Assembly (NCBI GenBank): GCA_050273025.1
Contig: CP158635.1
Span: forward strand, 31,930,001 to 31,994,000
Origin: Cenococcum geophilum
Taxonomy: Eukaryota
Length of the DNA stretch: 64,000 nt
Reading direction: 5' to 3'
Part shown: piece after piece, positions 40,101 through 52,300 of the stretch
Numbering within the stretch: the stretch's first letter is position 1
Layout of the letters: the number at the start of each line of letters is the position of its first letter
Program-made: the position numbers and the translations under genes
The notes under the pieces: generated by a model
The model's database searches: none
Told to the model about the DNA's origin: nothing
Seen by the model: the letters and a program-made list of their open reading frames with translations, nothing else

Positions 40101-43100
40101 ATAGGATTAAGCAGCTAATAGTTAGGAAAAGTAGAGGCCTATAGAACTAGAGGGAGCCAGTAGTAGAGCCTTAGACCTTTAAAGGAATTTAAGGACGGCA
40201 CCTAAATTTACAAGTTAAATAGCAAGATTAGCAGTTTAAAGCGCTAATAGATAGTGGAGTAATAAGGAACCATATCTTACTAGCAGTAGTTAAAAGAATA
40301 GGACTACCTTATAGACAGAAGGAGAAACCTTACCTATTAGTTATAATTTTAGGAGATCTAATAGCCTACAGAGGAGGGATTATTAATCTTAAAATAGGAC
40401 CTATTTAGATAACCATTAAAGGGAGATAGATTAAGATGTCTTTTAATATCCTACTATTAGTACGGAATAAGGCAGTATTAGGGATGCCTTAGTTACAGGA
40501 ATACAATCTAAGGATCAATTGGATTACAGGTTAGGTTAATATTAAAGATACTTAACGCCGCAAGATGCGACAATAAGCTAAGTTAGTATAGTACTAAGTA
40601 GGGGCGACCTATAAAGAAACAGAGAAAGGGCTAAGCTACGTACTAAAGAGATACCACAAGTATAGCAAGAAACTATAGTTACCGAAAAGTGAAAAGCTAT
40701 TAGAGTATATAGCTTGGGACTATAAGATAGAATTAGAACTAGGAATAAGTTTAAAGTTCTTTCCAATCTACAAGCTTACTAAAGAAGAAGGTAGAGCACT
40801 AAAAGAGTTTATCTAGGAGAACTTATGAAAGGGATATATTAGACTATTATAGTTATTAGCGGGTTATCTAGTACTGTTTATACTAAAGAAAAATGGCAAA
40901 CTAAGGCTATGTATCGACTATAGGCAGTTAAACAGCATTACTAGAAAGGATAGATATCCTTTACCCTTAATTAGCGAAATTTAAGATAGGATAGGTAATG
41001 CGTAAATCTTTATAAAGATAGATCTAAAATAGGCATACCATCAGATTAGAATTAAGGAAGGCGACAAATAGAAGGCAGCCTTTAGGTTAAAGGAAGGACT
41101 ATATAAACTATTAGTTATGCAATTTAGGCTTATAAACGCACTAGCAACGTTTTAAAAGCGTATTAATAATATATTAGGAGAACACTTAGATAAATTTATT
41201 ATAGCATATCTCGACGATATTATTATCTACTTAATAACTAAGGAAGAACACGGGGAATACGTTAAATAGGTCTTAAGGAGACTATAAGAAGAATAGATGC
41301 TAGTAGTAATTAAGAAATGCAAGTTCTTTACCAAAAAGACTAATTTCGTTAAATTTATTATTAAACTAGGCCAACTTAGTATAGATCTAAAAAAGATCAA
41401 GGCTATAGTAAATTAGTAAGAACTAGAGAACGTTACGCAGTTAAGATCGTTTTTAGGGTTTTGCAATTACTATAGAAGGTTTATAGTATAATGGTTAAAG
41501 GACACTAAGCCGTTTACGTGGTTAATAAAGAAAGAAGAACTATAGGTATAGGGAGAGGAATAAAGGGAACTCTTTAAGAAAGTTAAAGAGTTATTTACCT
41601 AAGAGCCAGTTCTTAAGATTTATTAACTAGGACTAGAGACGGTTATAGAGACGGATGCATTAGACTATATACTAGGGGCGTGCTTTATATAAAAATATCA
41701 AAATAAATAGCACCTAGTGGCATACTATAGTTAGAAGATAACACCACTAGAGTTAAACTATAACATTTATAATAAGGAGTTATTAGGTATAGTTACAGCA
41801 TTAAAGAAATAGAGAGTATTCTTGCAAGGCATAAAGAAACCATTTATAGTTAAGACGGATTATAAGAACCTAATAGGATTCCTAATAACAAAGGAACTTA
41901 ACTAAAGATAGGTTAGATGGGTAGAGATACTTATAGAATACTATTTCGAGATTTAGTATACTAAGGGTACAGATAATACGCGGGCAGACGCTCTAAGCTA
42001 TAAAGCTAAACTACAGAACGATAAAAAGCCATTAGGGGCTTTACTGCGAAAAGACATAGACGGATTAATTAGGTACAATTATCCAAAAATTGTAGCAACT
42101 TAGGAAGATAATAAACTAGAGAAAGTCTATAAGACACTAGAAAGCTTTTGGGTATAAAGGATTCTAGAAGCATAGCTAAAAGATCTATAAACGGATATAT
42201 ATAAAAACTAAGAAGTAATATATATCCTAAGAAGCATAGTAAAGTAATTTATGGAAGAATTCTATAAGGGATTAACTTAAGGATATAATGGAGCTATAGG
42301 CTTAGTATTAAGACTCTAAGAGAAGTACATTATTAATAGAATCTAAAGAATAGCTAGGAGGGTTATAAAAGAATACCTAAATTGCTAAAGAAATAAACTA
42401 ATAAGGTATAAGCTATATAGAGGGCTATAACCTATTAAAATACCAGAGAGACTATAGGGGGTCATATTATAGGACTTTATTATTAAGTTACTAAAGTTAA
42501 GAAATCCTATCACCGGATAAGATTATAATGCGATCTTAGTAATAGTAGACAAGCTTATAAAGTGGGGATACTTTATAGCATGTATAAAAGAAATCTCAGC
42601 GGAAGATATCGCTAGAATCTATATTAAAGAAGTGTTCGCAAGGTATAGAGCACTAAGTAAAATTATATTGGATAGAGATCTAAGATTTATAGCAGTATTC
42701 TAGGAGGTATTCTTAGCGGAGTAAGGAGTTAGAGTAGTAACTTTTACCATATATTATCCGCAGACAGATAGTTAAACGGAAAGATTAAATTAGACACTAG
42801 AGTAGTATCTAAGGCATTATATTAATTATGCACAGAATAATTAGGTATCGCTATTACTAATTATATAGTTTATATACAATATAACACCTTAAGAAGGAAT
42901 AGGCACATTACTATTTAAGGCAAATTATAGATATAAGCTAAGAATATTGTTGTTACTATAGCAAGTAAAGAAAACAAGTAGTATAGCTAAAGAAAGAATA
43001 AAGATATTAATAAATCTTTATATAAACCTTATAGAATTAGTAAAGAAAGTATAAGAAAGAATAAAAAAGTATTATAATGCTAGGAGATCTAAGGGACCAG

Positions 43101-43559
43101 ATCTTAAGGAGGGAGATAAAGTATAGCTACTATATAAAAATTTTAAGAGTTAATAACTAAGTAAGAAGTTAAACTACGTTAGACTAGAACCTTTTAAAAT
43201 TATATAAAGGATTTCACCGGTTACGTTTAAGTTAAACCTACTAGCTAAAATAAAGATCTACTCTATACAGCATATTATAATGCTAGAGCCAGTATATAGG
43301 AATGTTAAGCCACTAGTCTATAAGGCAGACATATATAGAGGATAGGAAGAAGACAAATAGTAAGTTTTAAAGATCGTTAGTTATAAGGACGTTAACAATA
43401 AAATATAGTATAAGGTTAAGTAGATAGGCTATACTAAGACTACCTAGAAGCTATTAGAGAACCTAAAAAACGCTATAGGAAAGGTATAGAAGTATTAGAA
43501 GAGATTAGGTCAGGTAGCATTAATAAAGAAGAATTACTAAAGAATAAGTCACCTAAGGG

Positions 43560-44145
43560 GGACCTAAGAAGAGCAGTTACCGAAGTACTTAAATCTATTT
43601 CCTTCTCTATTAAAAGAGAATCCGTTCTTTTATCGCCAAGTTCCTATAAACCTTATTCTACAAGTTTCTACTCCTTAAAACGCACCTTTTTATAGACTTT
43701 CTTAAGACGGATTAACTAAGTAGACGCCGTAAGACGAGACTCGAGAGCCCGTTACTGAGCATCGGCAGCCTCCTGTTTAGCGTCCCAAGAATGGCGCAAC
43801 TCTATAAAAGTAATAGACAGTTTATTATCTAGCCGCGTAGCAGTAGATTAAATACGAGACCCTAAGACAAATTAATTAGGGAACTAAATAACTATTAAGA
43901 GTAATAGGTCGCGTATATTTAGCATTAAAGGTAAAGCAAACATCGCAGAACGAATAAATATTCGCTTTAGTGCACTCTAAGTAAGAGAACGGTTATCGCA
44001 AAGATAGGTTCGCTAACGTAATATAAACTAATCCCTCTTTTAAGCAGCGAGAACACGGGGACGGTATAATCTCACTAAGAGATAATATTATAATAATAGT
44101 GCGAGCACGACGAGCAGTTAAGGAAGAAGAAATTGCTTTAGGTAT
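43560..44145 (-). pseudogene. Antisense accessory ORF of Gypsy C: Zn2Cys6-like cluster plus coiled coil, probably spliced; RIP-damaged
   Basis: Minus strand from 44145 (ata = RIPed ATG): MPKA..ARRAR..PSPCSRC-x6-C-x13-C-x2-C-x8-CDV. Four Cys codons intact, two read TAT/TAC (G>A from TGT/TGC). Downstream segment 'LRHSWDAKQEAADAQ.RALESRL....LIRL.KV'. 3' end approximate. Confidence 0.65.
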
Positions 44146-44923
44146 AATAAGTAATAATATTAACTAAATTAATTAGACGGATATTACACCTCTAGTAAAT
44201 AACTTAAAGATATTTAGGATCTTTAAGGACGAAGATAAAGAGAAGGGAGATGGTATTACGGACGCTTTAAGTACGATATTATAACTACTTAGAGAAGAGA
44301 TTAAAGAAGCTAGTTAGTTAATATAGGTATAGTCTAGGATAGAGCCGATAGAACTATATAACGAGGAATAGTAACTAAAGTCATATAATATAATCTATAT
44401 AATCTATATAATCTATATAATTTATAATAAAGTAGATAGAGCATACGTATATTATATATAAGAAGGATTTTATAGGAGTACGGTTGTGTATTTAAGGACC
44501 CTTAGTCCCTACCTAGATAGTTCCTTCCTTATAGTAATTCTTAGAATACAATTAAAGTTAATCTGTTAGGCAACCACTCCACCAGTTGTTATTACTTGTC
44601 GACTATTATACTTGCATTTCCTATACACCTAGCCTAATAATAGGACCCACCGTAGTTCTTGCTACAAGGTTCCGTTACAACCTCCTTAAGAATTTATCTT
44701 CTTTACAATCTATTTATTCCTATAATTGTGCCTTATAGCCCCTTATCTATAAAGTCCCCTTATATAAATTAATAAAGAAGGGAATTCTATAATACTAGCA
44801 ATATATATAGCGTAGCGTATAAAACGGCAGTCCCGTAATATAAAGCCTCTATTAAATAAGCCTAAGCTACTAGAGCTTTTAGAGCGTATAAAGATAGGAC
44901 CTTAACTACCGCACGACCTTTTA

Positions 44924-45125
44924 TGTTACGGCACTGACGCGCGTAACCTGGATAAGGCCTAGTCAGGGGGGTTCGCTTACGTCTTGGCTCCATGTATATA
45001 GACGTGTCCTTTCCACGACCTTCTTCTGCTCCTCATCTTGATATCCGGGTCAATAGACTACCAATTGTACAGGCTTGCATACGTTCTACGGCGCTCGTGC
45101 CTCGATTGACTGAGTCGTTGTGACA
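44924..45125 (+). repeat. Solo LTR (202 bp), essentially unRIPed
   Basis: TGTTAC..GTGACA termini; perfect 5-bp TSD tttta; both ends resemble the Gypsy A LTR (cggcactg.., ctcgattgactgagtcg). Confidence 0.92.
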
Positions 45126-45613
45126 TTTTAGATCTAGAGCCTCTATATAGTAATTATAATCCAAAGTAGCGTCGCCAATGTTAATCTAAATGGGCCTTTT
45201 AGCCGCCTACTTAATTAAAACCTCCCTCTAATAAGCTTCCCCTTAAGCCTTTACTATCTATTAAGCCTCCTCCTCGTCCTTAGCCGCTTAAGCTTTAAAA
45301 CTAACTAAATATAAAGGGCAGAAATATAAAGATAGTAATATTTAAAGTTAGCTTTATAGAGCCTTGGCGGTAAAAGCAGTAGCAATAGGAGTAACGGGCT
45401 CTAAATAGGTAGGAGGATTAATACTAAGCAGTAGATATTAGGTGGCGTATAGTTAATTAAACTATAAGGAAGTGGGTAAGGAAAAAGGACCCTATTACTA
45501 CCTTTAGGGAGACTATAAGTAATAGTATAGCCTCTACTATATATGTTAGAGGAAGGTCCTTAAAGCCGCCTATAGATTGTCCTCTAAAGCCTCCAAATCA
45601 CCAAGCGTCTATA

Positions 45614-45915
45614 TCCCCTAACACGTCAGTTCGCGTCTATCTGTTATCGATAAGAACTAGCCAATTAAATTAACTGAATTAAATCGTCGCGCTCAGGAAT
45701 ATAAGGCTGGTAATGTTTATAAAATCTTATATAAAACGATCTATATAGCTTATTCCTTAGAGTTTAGTCGCTTAATATAAGGTAATTAACACTCGTCCTT
45801 TCTGCAGAACGGAATCTGACATATTTTACACCCAAAGTATGTCCTCGGCGCTCGCTAGTGTTTTGGTGTTCCGCGCACGGACCAGGTTCTAGATGGACGC
45901 TGACGTGTTAAGGGA
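45614..45915. mobile_element. MITE (~302 bp) with 16-bp TIRs and TA flanks
   Basis: tcccctaacacgtcag / ctgacgtgttaaggga (one transition mismatch); TA on both sides; some subterminal similarity. Confidence 0.7.
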
Positions 45916-47050
45916 TAAACGATTAACAAGAAAGTAGAAAGAAGGAAGTAATAAGAGGTTACTGCTTAATTAGAGGACCTTATCCCTTCCTACGCTGGTT
46001 TACGTCCACGCATATTAATAAGGGGTTGGCTCTCGTTCGGCTAAGAGCTTAGCGTTGATACTAATGTTTATAGGCTTGGCGCCAAGCTGTGGACGCCAGC
46101 GTGGGAAGGGATAGAGTCGGTAGAGGAGCTAGTATAGTGTAGGAACCTACTCAAAAATACCTAGCTTATTAATTAGCCAATTAATTGCCTATATATTGCC
46201 TTGTATTTGAGGCTTTAAATGCAAGTTTTGAGCCTCTGGTGACAAAATTTATAATATTTTGGTAGGCGGTGAGCCAAACTTCCTAATTAGGAAGGTACAA
46301 GAACTTTCGTTAGGGACCTCCGTAGTCAAGGCTGACTTCGCGACACTCGCCGTGGCGTACTTCGTCTCTTGACAGCAAACCACCTCAAAGCATGAATCCA
46401 GCCTTATCGTGCAGAAAATGATTTCAGCTCTTGTCACACAGGACAATCAAAAACGAGAACTCTACTGCATTGAACATGGCTCTAGAGCCTCTATATATAC
46501 ATCAAAAAGTCGTCGTCAGCTTCGAAGTATTTGGTTAATCAGTTAGAGCCTCAATCGTCAATCGTTTGATCAAGGACTGATGCGAGTCATGGGAGTTCTA
46601 AAGTTTCATAGGTCGACAGCTCTCGTGCCGCAGCCACACGCAAAAAGAATACCAAAGTTCCTTGGTCTGGAGTGCATGACACTGCCTGATGGCTTCACCC
46701 GCTGACCTCGTGGTACCCAGCCTTGCTGCGCAGGTACTTGATGCCCTAGACCAATTCTCCTGCAGCTCGTAACCATTCTTCGAGTCCTTTCAAGTTTCTC
46801 GGGTTCGTATCTTCGTTCGAGAGAATTTAATAATAGTTGAACTGTTCTGTCGATCCAATGCATATCAAGAATGAGGACTCTGTCTGTTAAATCTAGCTCT
46901 AGGGCCTCCATATATACATGAGGTAGGTGGCGGAGCGATGACGACGAAGCTTACGACCACGATTCGTAATTACCGCTCGATCGATATCGCTACTCGGTTG
47001 ACATGTTCTTTCACCATGCTTCTACTACCTTTCTCTCTTTGAATCCAGCC

Positions 47051-47896
47051 ATGCGTGGCCCACGGGGTCTTCCGAATCTTCCACTGTTCTTACTGGTACT
47101 GCTTCTCATTCCCCTTGCTACGACAGACACAATATCAATTGCTCAATATTCTGGCCTTCTTCAACAACGCAATTGTGTGTACACCTGCATCGTTGGCAGC
47201 GGCCTGGGTGGCCACCAGGATCTTCAGTGTGCAATCGGGTGCCAGAACGCGAACTCATGTTTGTGTCGCGAGGATTTACGGCCCACTGCGTCATCGTATC
47301 TGTCTAGCTGTATCTATACCGACTTTCCTAGCTGTAGCGATGCGCCAGATTACAGCGCAGCAGTCTCGATATACGATAACTACTGCAACCTCACAGAGCC
47401 TGCTACTGTCATCGTAACGCCTACATCGACATCAGCCTTGAACACCGCAGTCAATGACGTCGTCACTGTTACGACGACAGGTGGGCCAACCGTCACGGCT
47501 ACAATGACTTCGAGCTCCTCCTCCATTCTATCACCTTCGAGTTCCAGTGAGTTTCCATATCCGGCCGTGTCGACGAACTTTGATCCGCCTCGCCCTCATG
47601 GCAGTACCATGCCGCTGACGTGCTGAGGGGCAGGCACTTCCGCGACAGCTGTCTCGTCCTTAACAACATTTCGCACCGTATTACTGCCATCATCAACACT
47701 GTCCTTGACCACGTCTACGACATCTCAAATTCAACCTACATCAAATGGTGGTGGCGGATTAAGTAGGTCTGATAAAGTAAATATAAGCGTTGGCGTTGTC
47801 GTACCTATATTCTGTCTTATTGCGGGATTTATCTGGGGATGTCTAATCAGGCCGCGAAAAAGACGACGAGCGATGAATACTGTAGCAGCTCAGTGA
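47051..47896 (+). CDS. Single-pass membrane protein: signal peptide, CFEM-like Cys-rich domain, Ser/Thr stalk, TM helix, basic tail (2 exons)
   Basis: Intron 47547-47633 (gtgagt..gctgac..cag) joins ORFs 47003-47626 and 47705-47896 in frame. Hydrophobic LFLLVLLLIPLAT; Cys pattern C-x3-C..C..CxC-x14-C-x7-C-x16-C; GLSRSDKVNISVGVVVP TM segment followed by RPRKRRR. Alternative start at 47003. Confidence 0.85.
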
Positions 47897-49369
47897 TGTC
47901 AATGGACCGGATCGGATTCAAAAATCGTTTTATATCCAATCTAAAAATAGGATCAAGTCTCTTAACCGGATATATAACCGGTTAAACCAGACAATCTAAA
48001 TAGATTATATTTTAGCTACTATCGTGAGTCTTAGCATAGTGTTTAGGCGCCGACCGGAATTTGGGGCTACGTGTTGTCCCAATTGGCGTTGCCAACAGAA
48101 CTGGTCTCTTTGGTGCTAGTCAGCGGTGAACAGTAGTTGATGCAGAGAAGCCGCTTCTGGAAACGTGCCGGAAGGATTGCTAGCGGGAAACAGCATCTGG
48201 CAAAATCTCCGAGGCGATCGACTCGACGTCGTGTTTAACCGTAACACGTTCCCCCTCTTTTGAGTCTCCAAGCGATGTCGACTCGTGTACTCTGATTTCC
48301 TATCTGCGATATTCCGAGGCGGTGAGTGCTGGCCTGCACGGGCCTCCACGCCCAAGTTTCACAGTCCTCCGCCGCGCCTGCAGGCCTGCCTGTAGTCAGG
48401 ATCTTCTCCCGTCGCCAGCCGCGCGGCCATGCCGTCGCTTCGTGGCTGCATACCGCCAATATTTTTTCCAAAGGGCCAAGCGAAAAGTGTCGTGTGATGC
48501 CAAGGCCGCGCGAGACGCTCGGTCGTTGGCTGGCTTTAAGTTCCCCTTACGGCGTCGCAGCCTCGGCGCTGGTGTTTTGTTTTGAGCGGCCGGAAGCTTT
48601 TTCTAGCACGCTCGGCAAGTTGGCGTTTTCGTGCTGGAAAGCTGATGAGAAACTTAAATCAACACACAAACACTTTTTATTGTAAAAGCTTGGTTAGCTA
48701 CTCCAAGACATGACCTAAATGTCGCCATTGGTGTTACTCAAGCTCGGTCCATAAAAAGAGGTGGGGTCCACGCACAAGACTTATGGCTCGCTTGTTTAGG
48801 GGTAACACGAAAAATTCGGTGCCTTACTGCCTTAAAGTAAGATTAACTGTCATTCTCGGTCTTATTACCGATCCCTGCAAGTGATTCCCGATCCCTGCGA
48901 GACGACAAACCTGGTGAGGGATCATCCATGCCCTGTGAGTCTAGACCACTCAGGTCCAGCCCATTTCCGAGCAACGCCCAGCCTTGGATAACAGGGTACC
49001 CAACTGCTCCCCAAAAAGGCTTATACATAATTTTATGCGCGGTGGCAGTGCAACATGGCATTTGGATAATGTCCAAAGGGCTGAATTTCGTCTCCCACCA
49101 AGAATTTACTCTTTTTAAGAGTATCTATGTACAGTTCCTGCCACCCTCACTGGCTTCACTAAGATATTTCCTCCGATTTGTGGTCATCAAGTTCGCCATT
49201 GGTATCCTTTCGCTGTCACGCCTCTCATGAAAGCATGTGCCATCGGAAGATGGCCGAAGAGATAGTTCCCTAGAAAATTGCACAAAAGAGATTATAGATT
49301 ATAGATTAACCATCAAAGCAACGCTGTTGGGGATAGGATATGTAAGGAGTGCGAAAGAATAGTAGTAAT

Positions 49370-52300
49370 TTAGACGCCGGGAACATTAAAGTCCGGGAAG
49401 TTAGGCCAGTTTCCTAGACCTGCGGGATCACCACCTATCCGGACCCATAGAGCCACGCTGGGTGTACCAGCAGCATTTATGGCGAAGAGTTGGAACCAGC
49501 CCGGTGGGCAAATATGTGCGTTGGGCGGAGCGGTAATGGAGCACGTGCCACCCGAGCAGGAGAACTGTGGGAATAGTGTACGCTGGCCCATAGTGTTCCC
49601 GTGCGTGCTGGACACGGCGCCAAGAAGAGATATCTTGGATACAGTGCCGCTAACAGTAATCTGATAGGTCTGGCTATAAGCCCAATCCTTTTGACTAGAT
49701 GCTATGGTGACGACAGGCCGAGTGGGATTGCCCATGAGATATGGAGGCACGAAAACCTCCACCCGGTACTCTTGAGCGAAGCGAGTATCCTCCGGGTCGG
49801 AGCCAGAGACTAAAACGCGGCCGTCGTCAAGAAGCACCGCCTCGGAATGGTAAAGACGATCAATGGTGGTGTTAGCCATGGATGTCATACGGCTGTTGAC
49901 GGGCTGTGATGGGTTGTAGAGAATCGCATTGTGATTTGGCTCGGTAGAGAGACCGAAACCAGCACGGCCTTGTTGACCACCGTTGAGAATTAAATAAGTG
50001 CCATCGGGGAGAGCGGTCATACAAGAGATGACACGTTTTGAAGGCTGAACAAAGGAAAATCAAGGTTAGCAATATTACAAACAATGTATTCACGAGCACA
50101 AAAGTGAACTTACCATGCGCTCAACTGTCCATTTCGGGTTTGGATCATCGGGTGCAATAGAGACGCAATTATCGAGAGCGACTTCGGGACCGGGAGTCGA
50201 TCCACCGCATATCATGGCCACTAAGTTGTCCGTATAAGGGTAATGTTGAGGCATGAGGACCGCTGTACCCTCAAAAGGATACGTGCGTCCACCAAGGAAA
50301 TTATTGACCGCTCCAGGTATATTAGGAAGAACCTTTTTGGTTTGAAGAGTGACCTCATCTAGGATTCTTGCCTCGTTGTAGTACGCAACGAATATACCAC
50401 CGCTGGGGAGAACTGCAAGGTAAGGATAGAGGTTGTAAGGATCGGTGCGCTCAAGCCAGTCGCAGAATATGACTGGCCCAGTCTTAGGAAGAAGCTCAAG
50501 TGATGGAACTGGGGCACCGTTGGAGCCCTCTTCTCCACCGACAACTAAAATAGAGCCGTTCGCCATAATCATTGGTGTGGGATACCAACGGCCTGTTTGG
50601 AGGGAAACTTCGTTAACATTCTCTTGCCAGTCATTCTGACCCCAAACACCGGGAGACCCGTCAGGCCAGTAAAACCTGATGCCGTAGGTAGCGTCGTTGG
50701 CCCATCCTCCAATGTTGATCTGTCTACCGACCTTATCAGGAAGAGTTAATCCTCCAGCACAGAAAATATCCGTTTGGACATGCATAGGCCTCCAGGCGGC
50801 TGTAAAGTTGTTAAGAAGATTGAGATCAAGCTCATAGGCGCCAGTGGAATTAGGTGGACCAGTGCCCCATTTCTCGAGAAAGGTGACTTTCCCATTGACA
50901 CCAGGTGAAGCAATGAGAGGTATAATTACACCGCCAATCAAGAACTGGTATTGGCCGGCAGCATTACCCGAGGCGAAAGTCCAGCTATTGAGTGGTGTGC
51001 CAGTCCATTCGTAGTACGAAATTCTACCACCGCCACCACAGATGTAGGATGCATTTCCAGTGCAGACGGCGTCGCAGTCAGACTCAGGCATAAGGGTAGC
51101 ACCGGCAGCGGCAATATTAGCAACGTCACCACAGTCTGTATATTATTATTAGTAGTTGCTAGTTTTGAATCGCCTTTAAAAAACTTACAGCACTCATTAG
51201 CATATTCCATACCACCAGCACCATACCCAAATGCCTGACAAGATTGGAGACAATTGTTTGCCGTGTTGTTATTGGGGAGGATTAGCTGGTAAGGGAAAGT
51301 TCTGTGCTCGGCATTGTCAAGAAGACATCCCTGGTATACCCAGCTCCCGTTCAAGCCAGTTTTCTGAGGTGCCGGTGGTTGATAAACTTGAAGAGTTGCG
51401 TTTGAGTAGATACTCATTCTGCCACCAGCGCCACACTTTTCGGCCGAATTACCAGCACATGCCATGTTGCAATCAGTGTCAGCGGTAAGGCTAGCACCAT
51501 TTCGGACGAAGTTGTCGCAGAAGCACTGGACGCCGTACTCCATCCCTGCGACCGAATAGCCAAGTCCAACACAAGTATTGACGCATACCTCAATAGTATT
51601 TAAATTACTGTCGGGTTCTTGGGTGTTCATGATACGGCCATTCGCGTTGTCGATATAGCAGCCTCGGTATGCCCAGCCATTGGGAAGACCAGTGGCCGAT
51701 CCCGTGCCTACAGACGTAGAAGTTGGTGCTGTCGTGGAGCTAGCAGGCGTAGTTGTTGTGGAGCTTCCACCGCCAAATTGGAAGACATTCAAACGATCCG
51801 CTCCACCACAGGTTTCTTGTGCATTACCAGCGCAGGCCATGTTGCATCCAGCGCTACCATCAGGGGCGGGACCACCTCCGTTAGAGAAAGAGTTACCGCA
51901 GTAACACTCTCCTCCATACTCGACACCAGCATATATGTATCCTGCTGATTTACAAGCCGAAGTACATAGTTCGACAGTCATAGTACCAGGATATTCGCGT
52001 GTGGTCAGCGTACGGGCTGCAACAGAGTCGGTGTAGCAACCCAACGCAGTCCACGCCGTGGGCGCGCTCTTTGTTGTATACATGTTCAACCGGCCGGGTC
52101 CTCCACAGTACTCGGAAGAATTGCCATTGCAAATCATGTTGCAGTCTCCAATTGGAGTAGAAGCACCATAGTTTGAGATGGTGTTACCACAGTCTAGGAG
52201 AAGTAAGTATGCCATGTTCTAAGAACATAAAAGAGAAGAAACTTACAGCACTCTGAGGCATATTCAAGACCAGCATAAAGATAGTTGCCTGCAGCACACG

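Larger units (their letters stand above)
30719..44679 (+). mobile_element. Full-length Gypsy/Ty3 chromovirus C (5' LTR interrupted by Copia B); RIP-inactivated
   Basis: LTRs at 30719-37151 (split) and 44254-44679 (426 bp); TSD acctc (30714-30718, 44680-44684); PPT at ~44239-44250; gag zinc knuckle ~38176-38217; protease 'ALIDSGA' ~40241; RT 'AYLDDIII' ~41203; RNase H, integrase, chromodomain ~43350-43480. Confidence 0.95.

Noticed and set aside
32995..40766. Small ORFs within Copia B and Gypsy C
   Set aside because: Chance open frames, off-frame or antisense to RIP-destroyed gag/pol.
46249..46911. ORFs of 65 and 101 aa at the RIP boundary
   Set aside because: No recognisable domain or splice structure; cannot be supported as genes, though a remnant is not excluded.
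48116..49230. Overlapping ORFs between the CFEM-like and oxidase genes
   Set aside because: Mutually overlapping on both strands with no motifs; likely intergenic or UTR sequence.
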